Source: Podarcis cretensis (Eukaryota). From it: a DNA stretch of 64,000 bases. Below the pieces are notes generated by a model. That model was not told where the DNA came from, did not search any database, and saw only the letters and a program-made list of their open reading frames with translations. Both the position numbers and the translations under genes were made by a program. Shown here one piece after another: positions 12,742 through 25,700 of the stretch (position 1 is its first letter; each line of letters opens with the position of its first letter). The DNA lies in NCBI GenBank assembly GCA_951804945.1, contig OX638152.1, forward strand, positions 42,842,001 to 42,906,000, given 5' to 3'.

Positions 12742-15700
12742 GTAAGATACACTTTTCTTCCTTATAGAATTTTATATCTTGACTTGTAGTTCTCTGTTTC
12801 CAAAGAACATTCATTTGCATGCTAATCTGTTGGAAATGCACTGTGTTTTGTCTTCCGTTGCTGTGTTTTAGGATAACATTGATATTTGCTGAGAAACATG
12901 GTGTGCTCTAATGTGTCGCTCACTAGTGCCTGTGGAGTTAGTACCACAAATGGGGGATGCACATTTGGCTGGTTTTTCTGTTACCAAAGCTTGCATTGTA
13001 CCCGGTGGTACATGTAGAAGACCCCAGGTTCTGCCTGTAGCATCTCCAGATTTAAAATAACCAGGGAAAGACCTTCTGCTTGAGGATCTAGTGTGTCTTT
13101 CAGTTGTAATAGATGGCACTGCCTAGTGAACCAGTAGTTTGAATTGATATAAAGCAGCTTTGTATGTTCTTATGTGAGACAGTGGCTTGGTTTGCACAAC
13201 AATCCGGTAAGCCAAACTATGGTGTACTGGGATTGTGTGAATGTATAGGAGCTCACACCCCAATTTGCTGTTCCCTGGTCCTTTTTGCTCCTGTGCCATA
13301 CTGAGTTAAGCAGAAATCTGCTGCTGGCTCCAGCCCATTGATAATGATGAGAAAATATAACCATGAGCCTGGGCTCAGGTGACACACTAAGCCAAACTTT
13401 GGCTTAGCTCAACATGCCATGAGACTGGGGAGCAGTAAAGTGCCTGCAAGATCCCCTCTGGGAGTCTGCATGCTTGCATGGTCCCTGCTAAGCCATATTT
13501 CAGATTACAGTGTCATGCAAACCAGTCCAGTGTTACATACTTGCTCCTTTAATTTTAATCAGGGATGGGCAACCTGTGGCCCTCCAAAACTTTTGTTGGA
13601 CCAGCCATGACCATTGGCCGTGCCAGCAGCATCTGAAGAGCAATAGGTTCTCCATCCCAGTTTTAGAATATAGCTTGTTCTTACGGTTACAGGAAAGCCC
13701 ACTATTAGGCCAGTTTAAGAAGTCAGTTCTCACATAATCCAAAAGAGGATATTTATTATGGTACTGCTTATAATTAACATATCAGCTATAGGTATGAAGG
13801 AAGCATCTTGTGAACTTTCTGATTTCAAATTCTACTTACGGATTTTCAGACATTCTTACACTGCTCTTTTACTGCTGTTCACCTGTAATTTAAACAGGCA
13901 CACTAGACCACAAGGTATTTATATGTCTTGTTACCAAGTTGGAGCTATTGTCACGTCTGTTTAGTATGGATTGAAATTGCTTATTCTTGGCCAAGAACTT
14001 GTGTGCAACATCTTCCAGCTATAGCAGTGAGAAGACTTCAACATAATGTGTAATAGTTATCACAGCACACTTTTGATACAGAATTTTAGGAGGTTGACTG
14101 TTGATGGACAAATTTTCAGTCTCGGGAGAATGTGATTTCACTGAACTTCAGCTAAATTTTGTACCTCTTCATTAATGTATAATTCAGAGTGTTTATTCAA
14201 AATACCTTGTAGGATCTTTCAATAAGCCACTCTAAGCTTGGGGGAGGGGGGGAAACATTCTCTTTTCTCCTCCACCCCCATATGAAATTGATCCTGCTAT
14301 TCTCAACATTTAAAGCACTAATAAGCAAGGGATGGATATTGAGTCTATTTTCCCCCAAATATATTGTAAATGTATTTGAGGGTAGGATGGCATTTAAAGA
14401 AGCTGTAGTGCACTTACTGGTTGCAAAGATAACATTCTGCTGTTAGGTTTCCTTACTGAAGAAACTGGAACCCTTTGACAAAGGGAACAGTGCAAATGTT
14501 GTCTTAACACAGCTTATTCTGCTAGTTATTTGAAAATGCTTTATAATTGAGTTTTAAGATTTGATGAAGAACTTCAGCAGTAGCTCTCAAGACAGTATTT
14601 CCTTTAGCAGATGTTAGGCTAGTTAATATTTACCTTGAGGGTACATGTCCTTACCATATGGCTTAATCTTTGGTATGGGTCTCATATCCATATCTTCTTA
14701 GGAAAGTCAAATATCCTTGCATAAGGAACTCCTTGGTTATTTTGAGGTTTGGGGCCTCTGAACCTTTATCACACAAATTTATTTGCTTAAATATCCATGT
14801 TAAAGTGCCTTATAGCAAATTATCCATCTGGACTAAAAGAATTATCTTAGTCTGGTCATTGAATGTAACATCTGAATATGGAAGTAGATGAGAATTCAGA
14901 CTGACAGTCCTACAATGTGCACGATAAGATTTGTTTGGCTCTTTTGTTTTCCCCATCTTTCGTGGGTGCTCTAAACTATGTACAAGCAGAACAATGATAC
15001 AAGGCACAACTGGTGTGTAGTATCGTACACCCCTCAGGCTAAAAGTTGGCTCCCTTCCAGTTGGAGGGTTTTTGGGTGTTGGGTATGCTGGTTCATCGCA
15101 CCCAGATCCCACAAATCACAGAAGGAACTGCAGATCCCTGTCAGTTCAAATGGCAGACTGGGAAATTGGTGGGGTTGGCAGAGGTAGTAAAGTCCAAACC
15201 ACAGAGTCCCCCAGGATGCTTGCAGAAGCCAGCTTGAAAATTTGTATCCTTTGTTTATCTTTAGCACTAAATCAGTAGCAGTTGCGGGAAGCTGTTGAAC
15301 ACAACCATAGCATCTGTACATTACAGTAAGATAAGTGACTGGCTATCCAAGCAGCAGAAACAACTGTGAAAACAGTGGGGTGGGAGACTGTTCACCATCA
15401 GCTTGAAACTTCGAAGAAACTGCTGATGTTTAAAGCTAGGGCAAGAGACTACATCTGTTAATTAGATAATTTACCTCTTTTGATATTGCAATTGTTTTAA
15501 ATACTGTAGTCACAGGGATTAGTTGAATGTCCAAGGACTTCCTTTTATAGGTGGTGTTGAATCCACCCATCCATTCTCAGCCTATTGGACAGTAAGTGTT
15601 GGCTAGTGCCTCTAGTATGTCAAAGAATCAAAATTTTATCTATCTCTAGGGCAGGCAGTTTGAAGCAGACCATGGCTGAAACTGTCAAAGTTATCCACCT

Positions 15701-18700
15701 GTTCAGACAACTGATCTTATTTATATTGGTGTTCTAACCACTAGCTTTGAAAACCTGTTTGCATTTATCCTTCAACAGGCAAAAACATCTTCACTTGAAT
15801 TATTTTTTTAAGCTCAATGTACTCTTTAATTATTTTTAGTGATTTTTAAATGTGAATGATGGAATTGTCTGTGCATATTGTTTACTGTTCAATTTTTAAA
15901 GTTACATTGCATCAACATACAGACAATTGTGCTTCACAAATCAATTCTATAAATTTTAAATCATAAAGAAAATATGTGCAAAGTATCGGAGCAATGTTGA
16001 GATCGTTGCCAAGGGTTAACAAAAGCCTTAAGTTACGGTAATTGGCACAAGATAGATATTTCTAAAATAAATGAATGAATCTTCTCAATGATTTTAATCC
16101 TGGCCATGGTCTTCATTTATCTCTGCTCTAACTCTCGGGCATCGGATCACATGCTAGCTACAGCAGTGCAAGCCAGTAGTCTTGATTCTTGTCCCTGTAA
16201 TGGCCATTGCTTGCATCACATCTGATGTTCTTTCCAGTTTCTCAGTTAAAGGGGAGCATTGATGTTAATGCACAGAAATTGAAAAGGGGTGGTGGGATGA
16301 ATCTAGAGAAAAGCCTGTGGAACAGGTTTAGAGGAAACAGGCTTTCCTACCCTGCTGAATGCAATAAGCTGTGGGATGAGGAGGCTGAGGAGGAAGGAAT
16401 GCCCCATAATAAGAGTGGAGGTATCTTTCTACTTTGGAGAAGGTGCCTCCTCTTGATTTTCAGGGATTTTCCTTCCTCCTCAAGACCTCCACCCACAATT
16501 CCTGAACCTTGGGAGAGACTGGTTTTTGGTGGGGGAACTGCAAGGAAATGAAATCAAAGCATTCCTGATATGCACATTTCTTCAATATCTCTCAGCATAG
16601 GGGATTTAGGCTGCAATCCTAGTCCTACTTAACTGGGAATAAGCCCTACTGGATTCAGTCAGACTTACTTTTGTGTAGACTTGGTTTCATTGTTCCATTA
16701 GGATCTTAAGGTTCCAGCTTTATCTTCTCCGCACCCTCCTGCCAACCAGACACAACTGGAACACAAAGTTGCATGGTTAAGAAACACACAGATCCCTACA
16801 TTACTTGCATTTTTCACCAAGCTAACATCTCTACTGCATACAAGCTATGATTACATGGTGTGACAAATTCTGTAACTTGAAAACTTGCATATTCTTTTTT
16901 TTAAAATGGAATACCTTTTCCTGGCATGTAGTATTATCTATCTTGTGGGAGCAGGCAAAATTACAGTTTTCGATTTAAAGTACCTGTTGTGTACACCTTC
17001 TGCATTGAAACTGCATAGTGAGCTGCCAAGATGGAGAGAAACCTGTTGCATTCTTCCCTGTGTGCTGCCACCTTTACATTCCTCTGCTATCATTTTTCTT
17101 TTATAGGTCTTCTAAAAGCCCTTTATTCTTGAAAAGTCAGTATTGGAGATGTGTATTAATGTCCTATGAAGGAGACTGTGTTGCAGAAGCAATTAAACTG
17201 CAACATACTTGGAAAACAGATCATATAGACTACACTTCCAAGTCTACGTACCTCATTGGTATATTTTGTGGATGTTAAAGAACTGTATAGGAACTGTGTA
17301 ACATGGACTTTGAGCGTTGGCAGACCAGAGTGTGTGTGTGTATGTGTGTGTGTCTGTCATAATGTATTTTTTATTGAACTATTGAAAGAAGTCTCTGCTT
17401 ATAGATCTTTATCATAGGACATTGTATGTCAGAGATATCAACCCTTGGCCATTCATCATCCAGTATTCTTAACAGTTGCTTCTGCCCAACTCAAACTCTC
17501 TTAATCATCTGAGAAAAGAGGTACACTGAGTGGGAGAGAATATTTCTTCTCTTTGTGTGCTGTAGATCCTTTATTCTTTGTCTGCCATAAAGGAAACCTG
17601 CAACTTCCAAAGTTTGCATGATGTAATTTTAACCTGTCTCAAACCAGGGATTTTGATTCATAAGAGAGAGTGGCTTAATATAGCTGCATCTTCTCCAAGA
17701 TTTTGAATGAAAATAGCACATCCAGTGGCCAATATATTTTTCACCCGAGGCTGCATTGTTGGTTAGCCACCTATCTTGAGGGCCACATGCTAGCCGTGGT
17801 AATGCCCTGTGCATACTTAGTGTGCATGTGTGCACGCTCACCCAACATACAGGCACCGAGCACACTCTCAGACATGCTAGCGTGCACATAGCCCTTTCCC
17901 CTATTTCCAAGGCAGAGCTCCACAGCACTGAGAGGGGGAGATAAAGTGCTTCAGAGATCAGTCTCTTAAATAGCAGGCAGAGTCCTTTATCTGACTACTT
18001 CTGCTCTCATAATAATATAATAATTTATTATTCATACCCCGCCCATCTGTCTGGGTTTCCCTAGTCACTCATTACTCCAGTGCTAAGGTCAAAGGAGTTG
18101 GTGGGCAACTTCTGCAATTTGCTGTGCTGGATCTGGACTACAGTTTAGTCACTTCTTTTATTCCTTGTATACTTGGCAGGATGCTTTTACATGTGTGTCC
18201 ACACATTTACCCTGACTCCAATTCTCCACCCAAACACTCCTGTACAGAGCAGGGTGGGAGAGGTAAGTACACATCTTGTTTAGGTTTAGGGCTAGATGAG
18301 CCTAATCCCAATCTAGCAATTACTAGTTTTCCGAGGTTCAGGTCTAGTCGAACAGGCAGTTTAACCATTTTGTGCTTTTCAGCTTACTACTCCACAACTG
18401 CTCACAGGTCTCCAATTTGTATTTTCTAAATCAGAATCTTCTAACTACTACCACTACTGCTACTAATGGTCTTTTCTAGGAGCCCTCAGTAGATATTGCA
18501 CTTTGCCATGTAGATCTTGCTCACTTGAATTGTGTGTGATGGTTTATTGCTGGGATTGAATATACTGTTGGGTTGCATTCTGCTTTGATTCCAGTAAGGT
18601 TTCCAGCTTCAGCATGAGCTGCGCTACCATTGGTGTATTGCTGCTGAAATAGAAGTGGGTTGTCATATTTGTGCAGATGCACTGCATTCCTATTCCTCTT

Positions 18701-20154
18701 CTAAGGTGTGAACTCTGTGCATTTCCATCTTAGATTCATCAGTGTGCCATCTCTAGACTCCTCCTCTGTCTAGGATCTGTTTTGATAAAGTTTTCTTTTG
18801 TAGACAGACACACTCACTCCAATGCACACAGTCACCGCACAAAAGAGAACAAGACAAAGGGGAAAAAATGAGAGAGGAAGGACAAAAAGGAAGATAGGCA
18901 GCAGAGCCATCAGTTTTCATGACTCAAGGAAGCTAACAATACTTTGTGAAAGAATTTGGGTTTTTGCGTCAGTTGAGCTCTATTTTTCTTCGCCTCTTGG
19001 TTTCAAAGGGTATTCCAGCTATTGTTCAACAGCTTGGCTATGAGTTGCCTTCTAGCACTGTAGAATCATTTCCATAGCATATCTTATAGATAACAGCAAC
19101 TCTCTGTATCTTATAGTAGGTGAAGAAGACAGTGATGGAATTGGAACATAATACGAAAATGCTGAAAATACATGCAATATTTAAAAATAATATTGACCCA
19201 ACCTTTCTCTAGAATTGTACCCCAGTTGGGAAATGCCACAGCAAGAGGTCTAGGTCATAATCAAGTTTTAGATCTCTTCAGAAATTACGTATCAGTCACT
19301 GAAACTTGGCTGGCGCAGTAGGCTGTAATATTTTTGCTTAATCAGCTACAGATCCAGGGATGACACATTTGTGATCACCCTTTCAATAGCAGCAGCATGA
19401 AGGATCTATCCTGTTTTTTTCTGTGTGTTTTGTACCTCGGACCTGGCTCAGAGTATCTAGTTTGTATTTCAATGGATCTATGAAAAGAACATAACAATTC
19501 AGAGTTGAATGTTGTTCCCATTAACTGTTGGGCAGAATAGATATTAAATGGCTAAAAGAGGATCGTAACTGCTGGAACAAGTATTCTGTTCAAGGCAGTA
19601 GACTTCTGTGCCCCTCAAGCATTCTTTACTTACCACTACATCTTTAATTTTGGGATGAGGATTTTGTCCCTTTTTCCATCCATCTCTCCATCATTTGGAT
19701 GAGACAGTTCTTCTGTTTCAGTGCAACTTGTTGAGCAATTGCCTCCTTAGCAGGTCTTTTGTAATACACCTTGTCTACCAATCCTTAAACATCAGGGCAG
19801 ATAAGCTGTCAAGTACTGTATGCTTCCAGATGCGGTGGGAGGAACACAATGTCATGCTGTTAACAATGTTTTGTCAGCGCAAGCTATCTGCTTGCATGAT
19901 GGAACAATCTCCCCTTTCTTCCCCTTGTTCTCTGTTGTGGGAGGGGGTCTCCCAACACACACACCTCAAGCCATTGAGGGGTGTGGGGCCCCCCCTGTTG
20001 CGCTACAGGAGACTTTGTTCAGGCTTCCAGTAGTGGAACTGGTTAGTTTAATTTGGCCCTGTATTTCCAAAACTGGATGGGTGTATTTTCTTTTGCTTTG
20101 GGCAAAACTCATTTTGCTGTGGATTTTGCTTGATGAAGCTTTGTCTTATTTCAG

Positions 20155-20231
20155 GTGATCTTTTTGTCTACAAAGGGCTTCTGAACCCATTTTCAGGATG
20201 ATCAGTACAATGTCGTGACACTGGAGTTCTG
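20155..20231 (+). other. BCL9: Candidate BCL9 5'UTR exon (77 nt)
   Basis: Acceptor TTTGTCTTATTTCAG| and donor CTG|GTAAGC. Lies ~2.2 kb upstream of the first coding exon. Confidence 0.6.
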
Positions 20232-22408
20232 GTAAGCTGCCTTTAGAAGCAAAGGGAACAGGCCAAAAGGCTTGCAGAAATACAGGGTTCCCTACATTAT
20301 ATTGAAGAATGAGCTACTGAAATTGGTTTTAATAATGGTCTGCTTGGCTGTAACATTTGACAGCATAATATTGTTGGCCTCCGTCTGTCTCTAGAGACAA
20401 TGGAGTGTGCCTCCAGGGATGAAGTCAAATGGCTGCGTATAATAAGTATATTACAAAAAGAACGAATGGACCATTGATGTCCTGATTGCAGTGAACTCTG
20501 CACTTTGGGTTGAAAGTAACTTTTGTGGATTGTTTCTTCTGAGACAGTGGCATTAACAGAAACGAGGCTGGCAAAGCTTGCTTTTCTAGAAGACATGTGC
20601 CCTGTCCAACATGTCCCAAAAGATGACTTGCATTTTAGCTTCATTAACCTAGAAAATAATAATAAAATTTTTCCTTTTGGGATTGATAAGTGAAATTAGT
20701 GCCCATTATATTGGGATGATTTGTGGTAGACAGGAGTGTTTGAATTCATCTCCTGCTTCATATTCTGTGTAGTCTGCTATGGTCTTTTGTCCTCACTGAA
20801 AGCATGCCTACCATCTTGTGTTTGAGTGTTTTACGGGTGAAGGGGTAGAAATACAGCCTGGCTTACAGCAGATTCAGATGTGGCACATCCAAAATGTTTA
20901 AATAAGCATGCCTGTCCACTTCTACTAATGCTTCTAGAAGTCTCGTTTCTCAAAACCACCAAGTCTAATTTGTGGGCATTAGCATATGCTCTCAGGCAGA
21001 ATGAGTCCTGTGCTTGTGAGAACAAGATCTCACAATAACTCTGTATTTGGCTTATGTAAAATACAGTTCTTTAATGCAGATTGGATTGTATTTCTTGTAG
21101 GTTCTTAAGCATCAACATTAGTAATAGCTGTCCTGTGACCTTATCTGAAATTTAATTGGCACAGTCCTCTCCTTGCAATGACCAAAAATAATAAATCTTT
21201 TTAAAATCTCTGTTGCCTTACATACTTCGAGTATGGGGATCCTTTGCCAAATTTGTAGGACTTCCTTCCTTCAGACCTGGAAGCATTTGAGGAAGGAATG
21301 GTAGAAGGAGGAAAAGAACTTAAATGTCCTGATGCTATCTTCTGATATTAAGATATGTTGATGCTGTGTCATAGAATGACAAAATTTAGTATTACGACAT
21401 TGTCATATGAAAAAGCTTGCAGTATGTTTAAGCAGCACAAAAGGGGTTTTTTGCTTTCAAAATAAACTGCTGTGTTTCAAAGAAATCTGACCAGTAAATA
21501 CTACTTTCTTATACTTTTACTTTCTTCATAGCTTATAAATTTATGAATTATGAAAAAATACTTAATTTGAATATTATCATCTAGTGTTAGAGGTTGGTAA
21601 TCTAGTTTTCATTCAGATACAAAAATTGTTCTGATATAAAAACTGTGATAATAAATTGAATCTTATAGAAAATTGTTCCAAAACTCTTCAGCATGAAGAA
21701 GAAAAACATTTTAGATTCCTTTACTAATAGTAGTGATGAATAAGCCCTGTGTTAAAATCTGCTCAAACACCATAATGTTCAATGTTTCTAACTTTTCATT
21801 TAAATGTAGATTGAGACATAGTATTTATAGACAGTAGTCTAGAAAATTGGGCCTAGCAACTTTGACATAGGATACTTAGCACTTCAATGCAGTAATTTTG
21901 ATGGTGGATATTGATTATTCAGAAGTCATGAAATGATCCCTCCTCCCATTACCATCTTGTGTTTCACTAGGGTAATTGTTACCTGTTTTTAAGATGTGCT
22001 AATAATTGTGTGATCTTCTAAAAATGTTGCTATATCTTTTTGCAGTGATGTGGCCTGCATAGTACTTTTAGAAAGCTTGAACTGATTGATACGAGCAACT
22101 TGCTTCTCTACACATAAATGTGTTTGTACATGATCTTGGATTGGAGTACAGAGAAACTTCCTCCCTCTCATCTGTTAGATCTAGCACACCTGGTTGTTGC
22201 TTACGTAGCTAATGCCGGAAAAGCGTTTATTTTATAATCGGAATGTACATTCAGCTTCCATCTGGTTGAGCTTTCTCATCTTGCCCTTCCAGTTAAAAAG
22301 GTGGAGAAAAAAAAGGCCATATACTGATCTCATTTAGTTCTAGATTCCTCCCCTTTTTAATAGTCTTTTTTTGTTCTTTGACTGGGTTTGGTTCAGTTTG
22401 CCCTGGAG

Positions 22409-22591
22409 ATGCGAGACTTCCTCACAACAGCAGGAGTCACACATTTGGAGAATGCTGGAGCTGCGAGAGGGAAAGGCCCAGTGCAACAACAGAGAGAAGC
22501 AAAAAGGAAAAAGACAAGCAGACCGACAGCACTGAGGAAAGCAAGGGACAGAAAGTGCTTCAGAACTGCCAGCAGCAACAGAGGAACTTGA
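22409..22591 (+). CDS. Upstream ORF (60 aa, basic) in the BCL9 first coding exon: MRDFLTTAGVTHLENAGAARGKGPVQQQREAKRKKTSRPTALRKARDRKCFRTASSNRGT
   Basis: ATG in GAGATGC context 12 nt after the acceptor (exon start 22397). TGA lies 49 nt before the BCL9 ATG. Translation is not shown by sequence alone. Confidence 0.5.
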   Translation: MRDFLTTAGVTHLENAGAARGKGPVQQQREAKRKKTSRPTALRKARDRKCFRTASSNRGT

Positions 22592-22640
22592 CAAGAAGCC
22601 CCCCTCAGTGCGTGTGGCTGTGTGCTTAGGATTTCTGTCA

Positions 22641-22693
22641 ATGCATTCCAGTAACCCCAAAGTGAGAAATTCCCCATCAGGAAATGCCCAGAG
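22641..22693 (+). CDS. BCL9: BCL9 coding exon 1 (exon starts 22397; MHSSNPKVRNSPSGNAQ)
   Basis: ATG at 22641, donor AG|GTAAAT, acceptor GGTTCAG| at 22396. Confidence 0.93.
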
Positions 22694-22700
22694 GTAAATA

Positions 22701-22738
<38 letters not shown>

Positions 22739-25700
22739 TCTCCCTCTCTGTATGTGTCTCTCTGGTGGCATTATTACATGAATCACTATTTGCCTTCTGT
22801 ACTTTAATTGGAACCCCATGTCATGTGAGTTTCATCTGCTGAGTGCTATTCAAGTTTATTCTGATACGGAGAATTCTCTTCATGTGCTGGTTCTATCTGC
22901 CTTTATATGATATTTCATAAGAAATTACATGTTTTTGCAATCTCTTTTGAGGTTCTTGATTTTGTAGTTGCTTATGTTTTCTTGTTGTTTTTTGCCCCCA
23001 TTGAGGATCTCTGGCTCAATCCTCTAATTTGACAAAACAGCCTTTGAGAGGGTGACAGTTTTGACCATTCCACTTGACAGCACACAGTGCTTCCACTTCC
23101 ATTTTATGGGGAAGGTAAATATTGGCACATAGAGGAAGTGTTCCCATGTCACTTCTGTTTTGGTGTTCAGGGGGCAAGCATATTCTTCGTATAGACGGAA
23201 CAAAAACATCCCCCCCCCCAAATAAGTAGAAGTGCAAAGAAACATCCTTAGAACACAAAATTGAATGGAAATTGTAGCTATTTTGCCTGAGGTAACCAGA
23301 TCTCTTAATTATTATTATTATTATTAGTTTATCAGAGCATTAATACCCCAAACTTCATGCCACTTAGGATAACTTACAATATAGAAAAACCAGTTTCATG
23401 AAAATGGTTGAAAATAATTGCAAAAGAGGCAGAGTTAGCAGTTTAAAAAAGCATTATCTGCCTCATATTATAAAAGCCTTCTGGGGAAAACTGGGGGGAA
23501 AAGCTGTGTAGGAAGTGACCAACCATGGGCCAAATGAATATGGTAATCTGGTTGTTGACATGGAGCAAGTCCTCTCATATCTTATCCAGCCACACTTCTA
23601 CCTTCGATGGGACACAGAGAAGGGTCTCTCCTTCTGATCTTAGGAATGGTATGAGTGGAGGGGATCCTTGAAGTATTCTGGACCTAATCCGTTTCAAAAG
23701 AATTGTGCCCAGAAGCAAATTTGTACCCAGTGTGTATTACTGGATTGTGGAAGGGGTGGGTAGGTTCCTTCTCAACTTTATTGCTGGGGTTTTTTTATTA
23801 CATTGTATCTGATAGGGACGCAGGTGGCGCTGTGGGTTAAAGCCTCAGCGCCTAGGACTTGCCGATCGAAAGGTCGGCGGTTCGAATCCCTGCGGCGGGG
23901 TGCGCTCCCGCTGCTCGGTCCCAGCGCCTGCCAACCTAGCAGTTCGAAAGCACCTCCGGGTGCAAGTAGATAAATAGGGACCGCTTACCAGCGGGAAGGT
24001 AAACGGCGTTTCCGTGTGCAGCTCTGGCTCGCCAGAGCAGCGATGTCACGCTGGCCACGTGACCCGGAAGTGTCTCCGGACAGCGCTGGCCCCTGGCCTC
24101 TTAAGTGAGATGGGCGCACAACCCCAGAGTCTGTCAAGACTGGCCCGTACGGGCAGGGGTACCTTTACCTTTACCTTTTTATCTGAGAGCTGATTCATAT
24201 CTTCTGCCACTCATGTGCATCTTACAGCTCTTTCAAGTAATCTACGACTCAAAGAAATTGAGTGATCTTACAGACCAGCTTCCATTATCAGGGAGGTCTA
24301 CCCCTGATCTGGTGTGTTCCTCTTCATGCAAGTTGGCTACATATACATTGTGGCTGCTGACTATAATTATGGATCAGTTCTGAGATTCAGCTCTTTTTTT
24401 CCAATATATTTCCCCCACATCTACTGTGCTGATGAAATCTAGTTCAGTGCTATTTTACAATATTCTTTTGCACTTGTTTTCAGAAAGATGCAATTTTTGC
24501 CTCTAACAGTTGAAAGTAACTGAAGCGAGCATTTTTAAAACTTACATTCTGCTGGCAGGTAATGGATAGAAATTCAGAGTTGTGTATAAATTCAGTTGAA
24601 TTTTCATGGAAAAACATCCCCCCCCCCGACAGTTGAGCTGTGTTCTTTGAATCCAGATGGGTGGCATTGTGAACTTTATGGTGCCCTGCTTATTTGCTTT
24701 GTGCTGGTCTTAGTGTGAGGCATGTCTTTGTACATAGAAACCATTGTCTTTATTGACAGAAGTGACAGAGGTACATCCCCATGTGACTGACTGGTTCCTA
24801 GGATCTGGGTAGTTGCTGCCTTTCTCTGTTTGCTTAAGTAGTAATACCTCAAGCTGGATAATAAGGCATTTTTTTAGATAACTGCTGGACAATATGCATG
24901 TGGATGAATTTAACTTACCGGTGCTGGCCACGCTCTGTAAAATAAGCTGAGCTGGTGGCTACTGCTGCGTAAATTGGCATTCGTATACCTTTTATTACAA
25001 ATTACTCTTCTTCCCCACCTTTCTTTTCCAGTAGTCCCAAATCAAAGCAGGAGGTGATGGTCCGTCCCCCTACAGTGATGTCCCCATCTGGCAACCCCCA
25101 GCTGGACTCTAAATTCTCCAACCAGGGTAAACAGGGGGGCTCAACTGGCCAATCCCAGCCCTCTCCCTGCGACCCCAAGAGTGGGGGCCACACACCAAAA
25201 GTGCTCCCAGGACAAGGAGGAAGCATGGGGTTGAAAAACGGGGCTGGCAATGGTTCAAAAGGGAAAGGAAAGAGAGAGAGGAGCATTTCAGCGGACTCAT
25301 TTGAACAAAGAGATGCTGGGACTCCCAGTGATGAATCTGAAATCAAAGGTATGTCTACATGTGAAGGGGCAGAAATATGAGTGGGTGCCAGCTTTTACTG
25401 AGAGCCTCTGTGATTTTTTTTTTAACTTGCTCTGAACCCTAGAAATTGTACCAGCCAAAATGAGTCAGTTTTGTATATTGGCATGAAGGAAGATTTTTGA
25501 CAATTGGATTGGAAGACTTGGAAAAAGCAGCTTCCTGCCAAAGCACATGTTCTGAAACTTGTCACAGTGACCCCCTTTTAAACTAATAGTTCCTCAAGTG
25601 TAAAAAGAGGCAAACAATTTGTCTTTTCAAGAGTGTTTTGTTTGATATGCTTGATAAGAAGGCAGGTCCCACGAACCCCACAGCATACTGTGGTCAGTTT

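Noticed and set aside
23815-23900. tRNA-like sequences here and at 43400, 59680 and 60750
   Set aside because: These are SINE heads continuing into SINE bodies, not tRNA genes.
23203-24627. Two copies of AAAAACATC-poly(C) flanking the Sauria SINE region
   Set aside because: A short low-complexity match. Poly-C and poly-G runs are frequent throughout the window.
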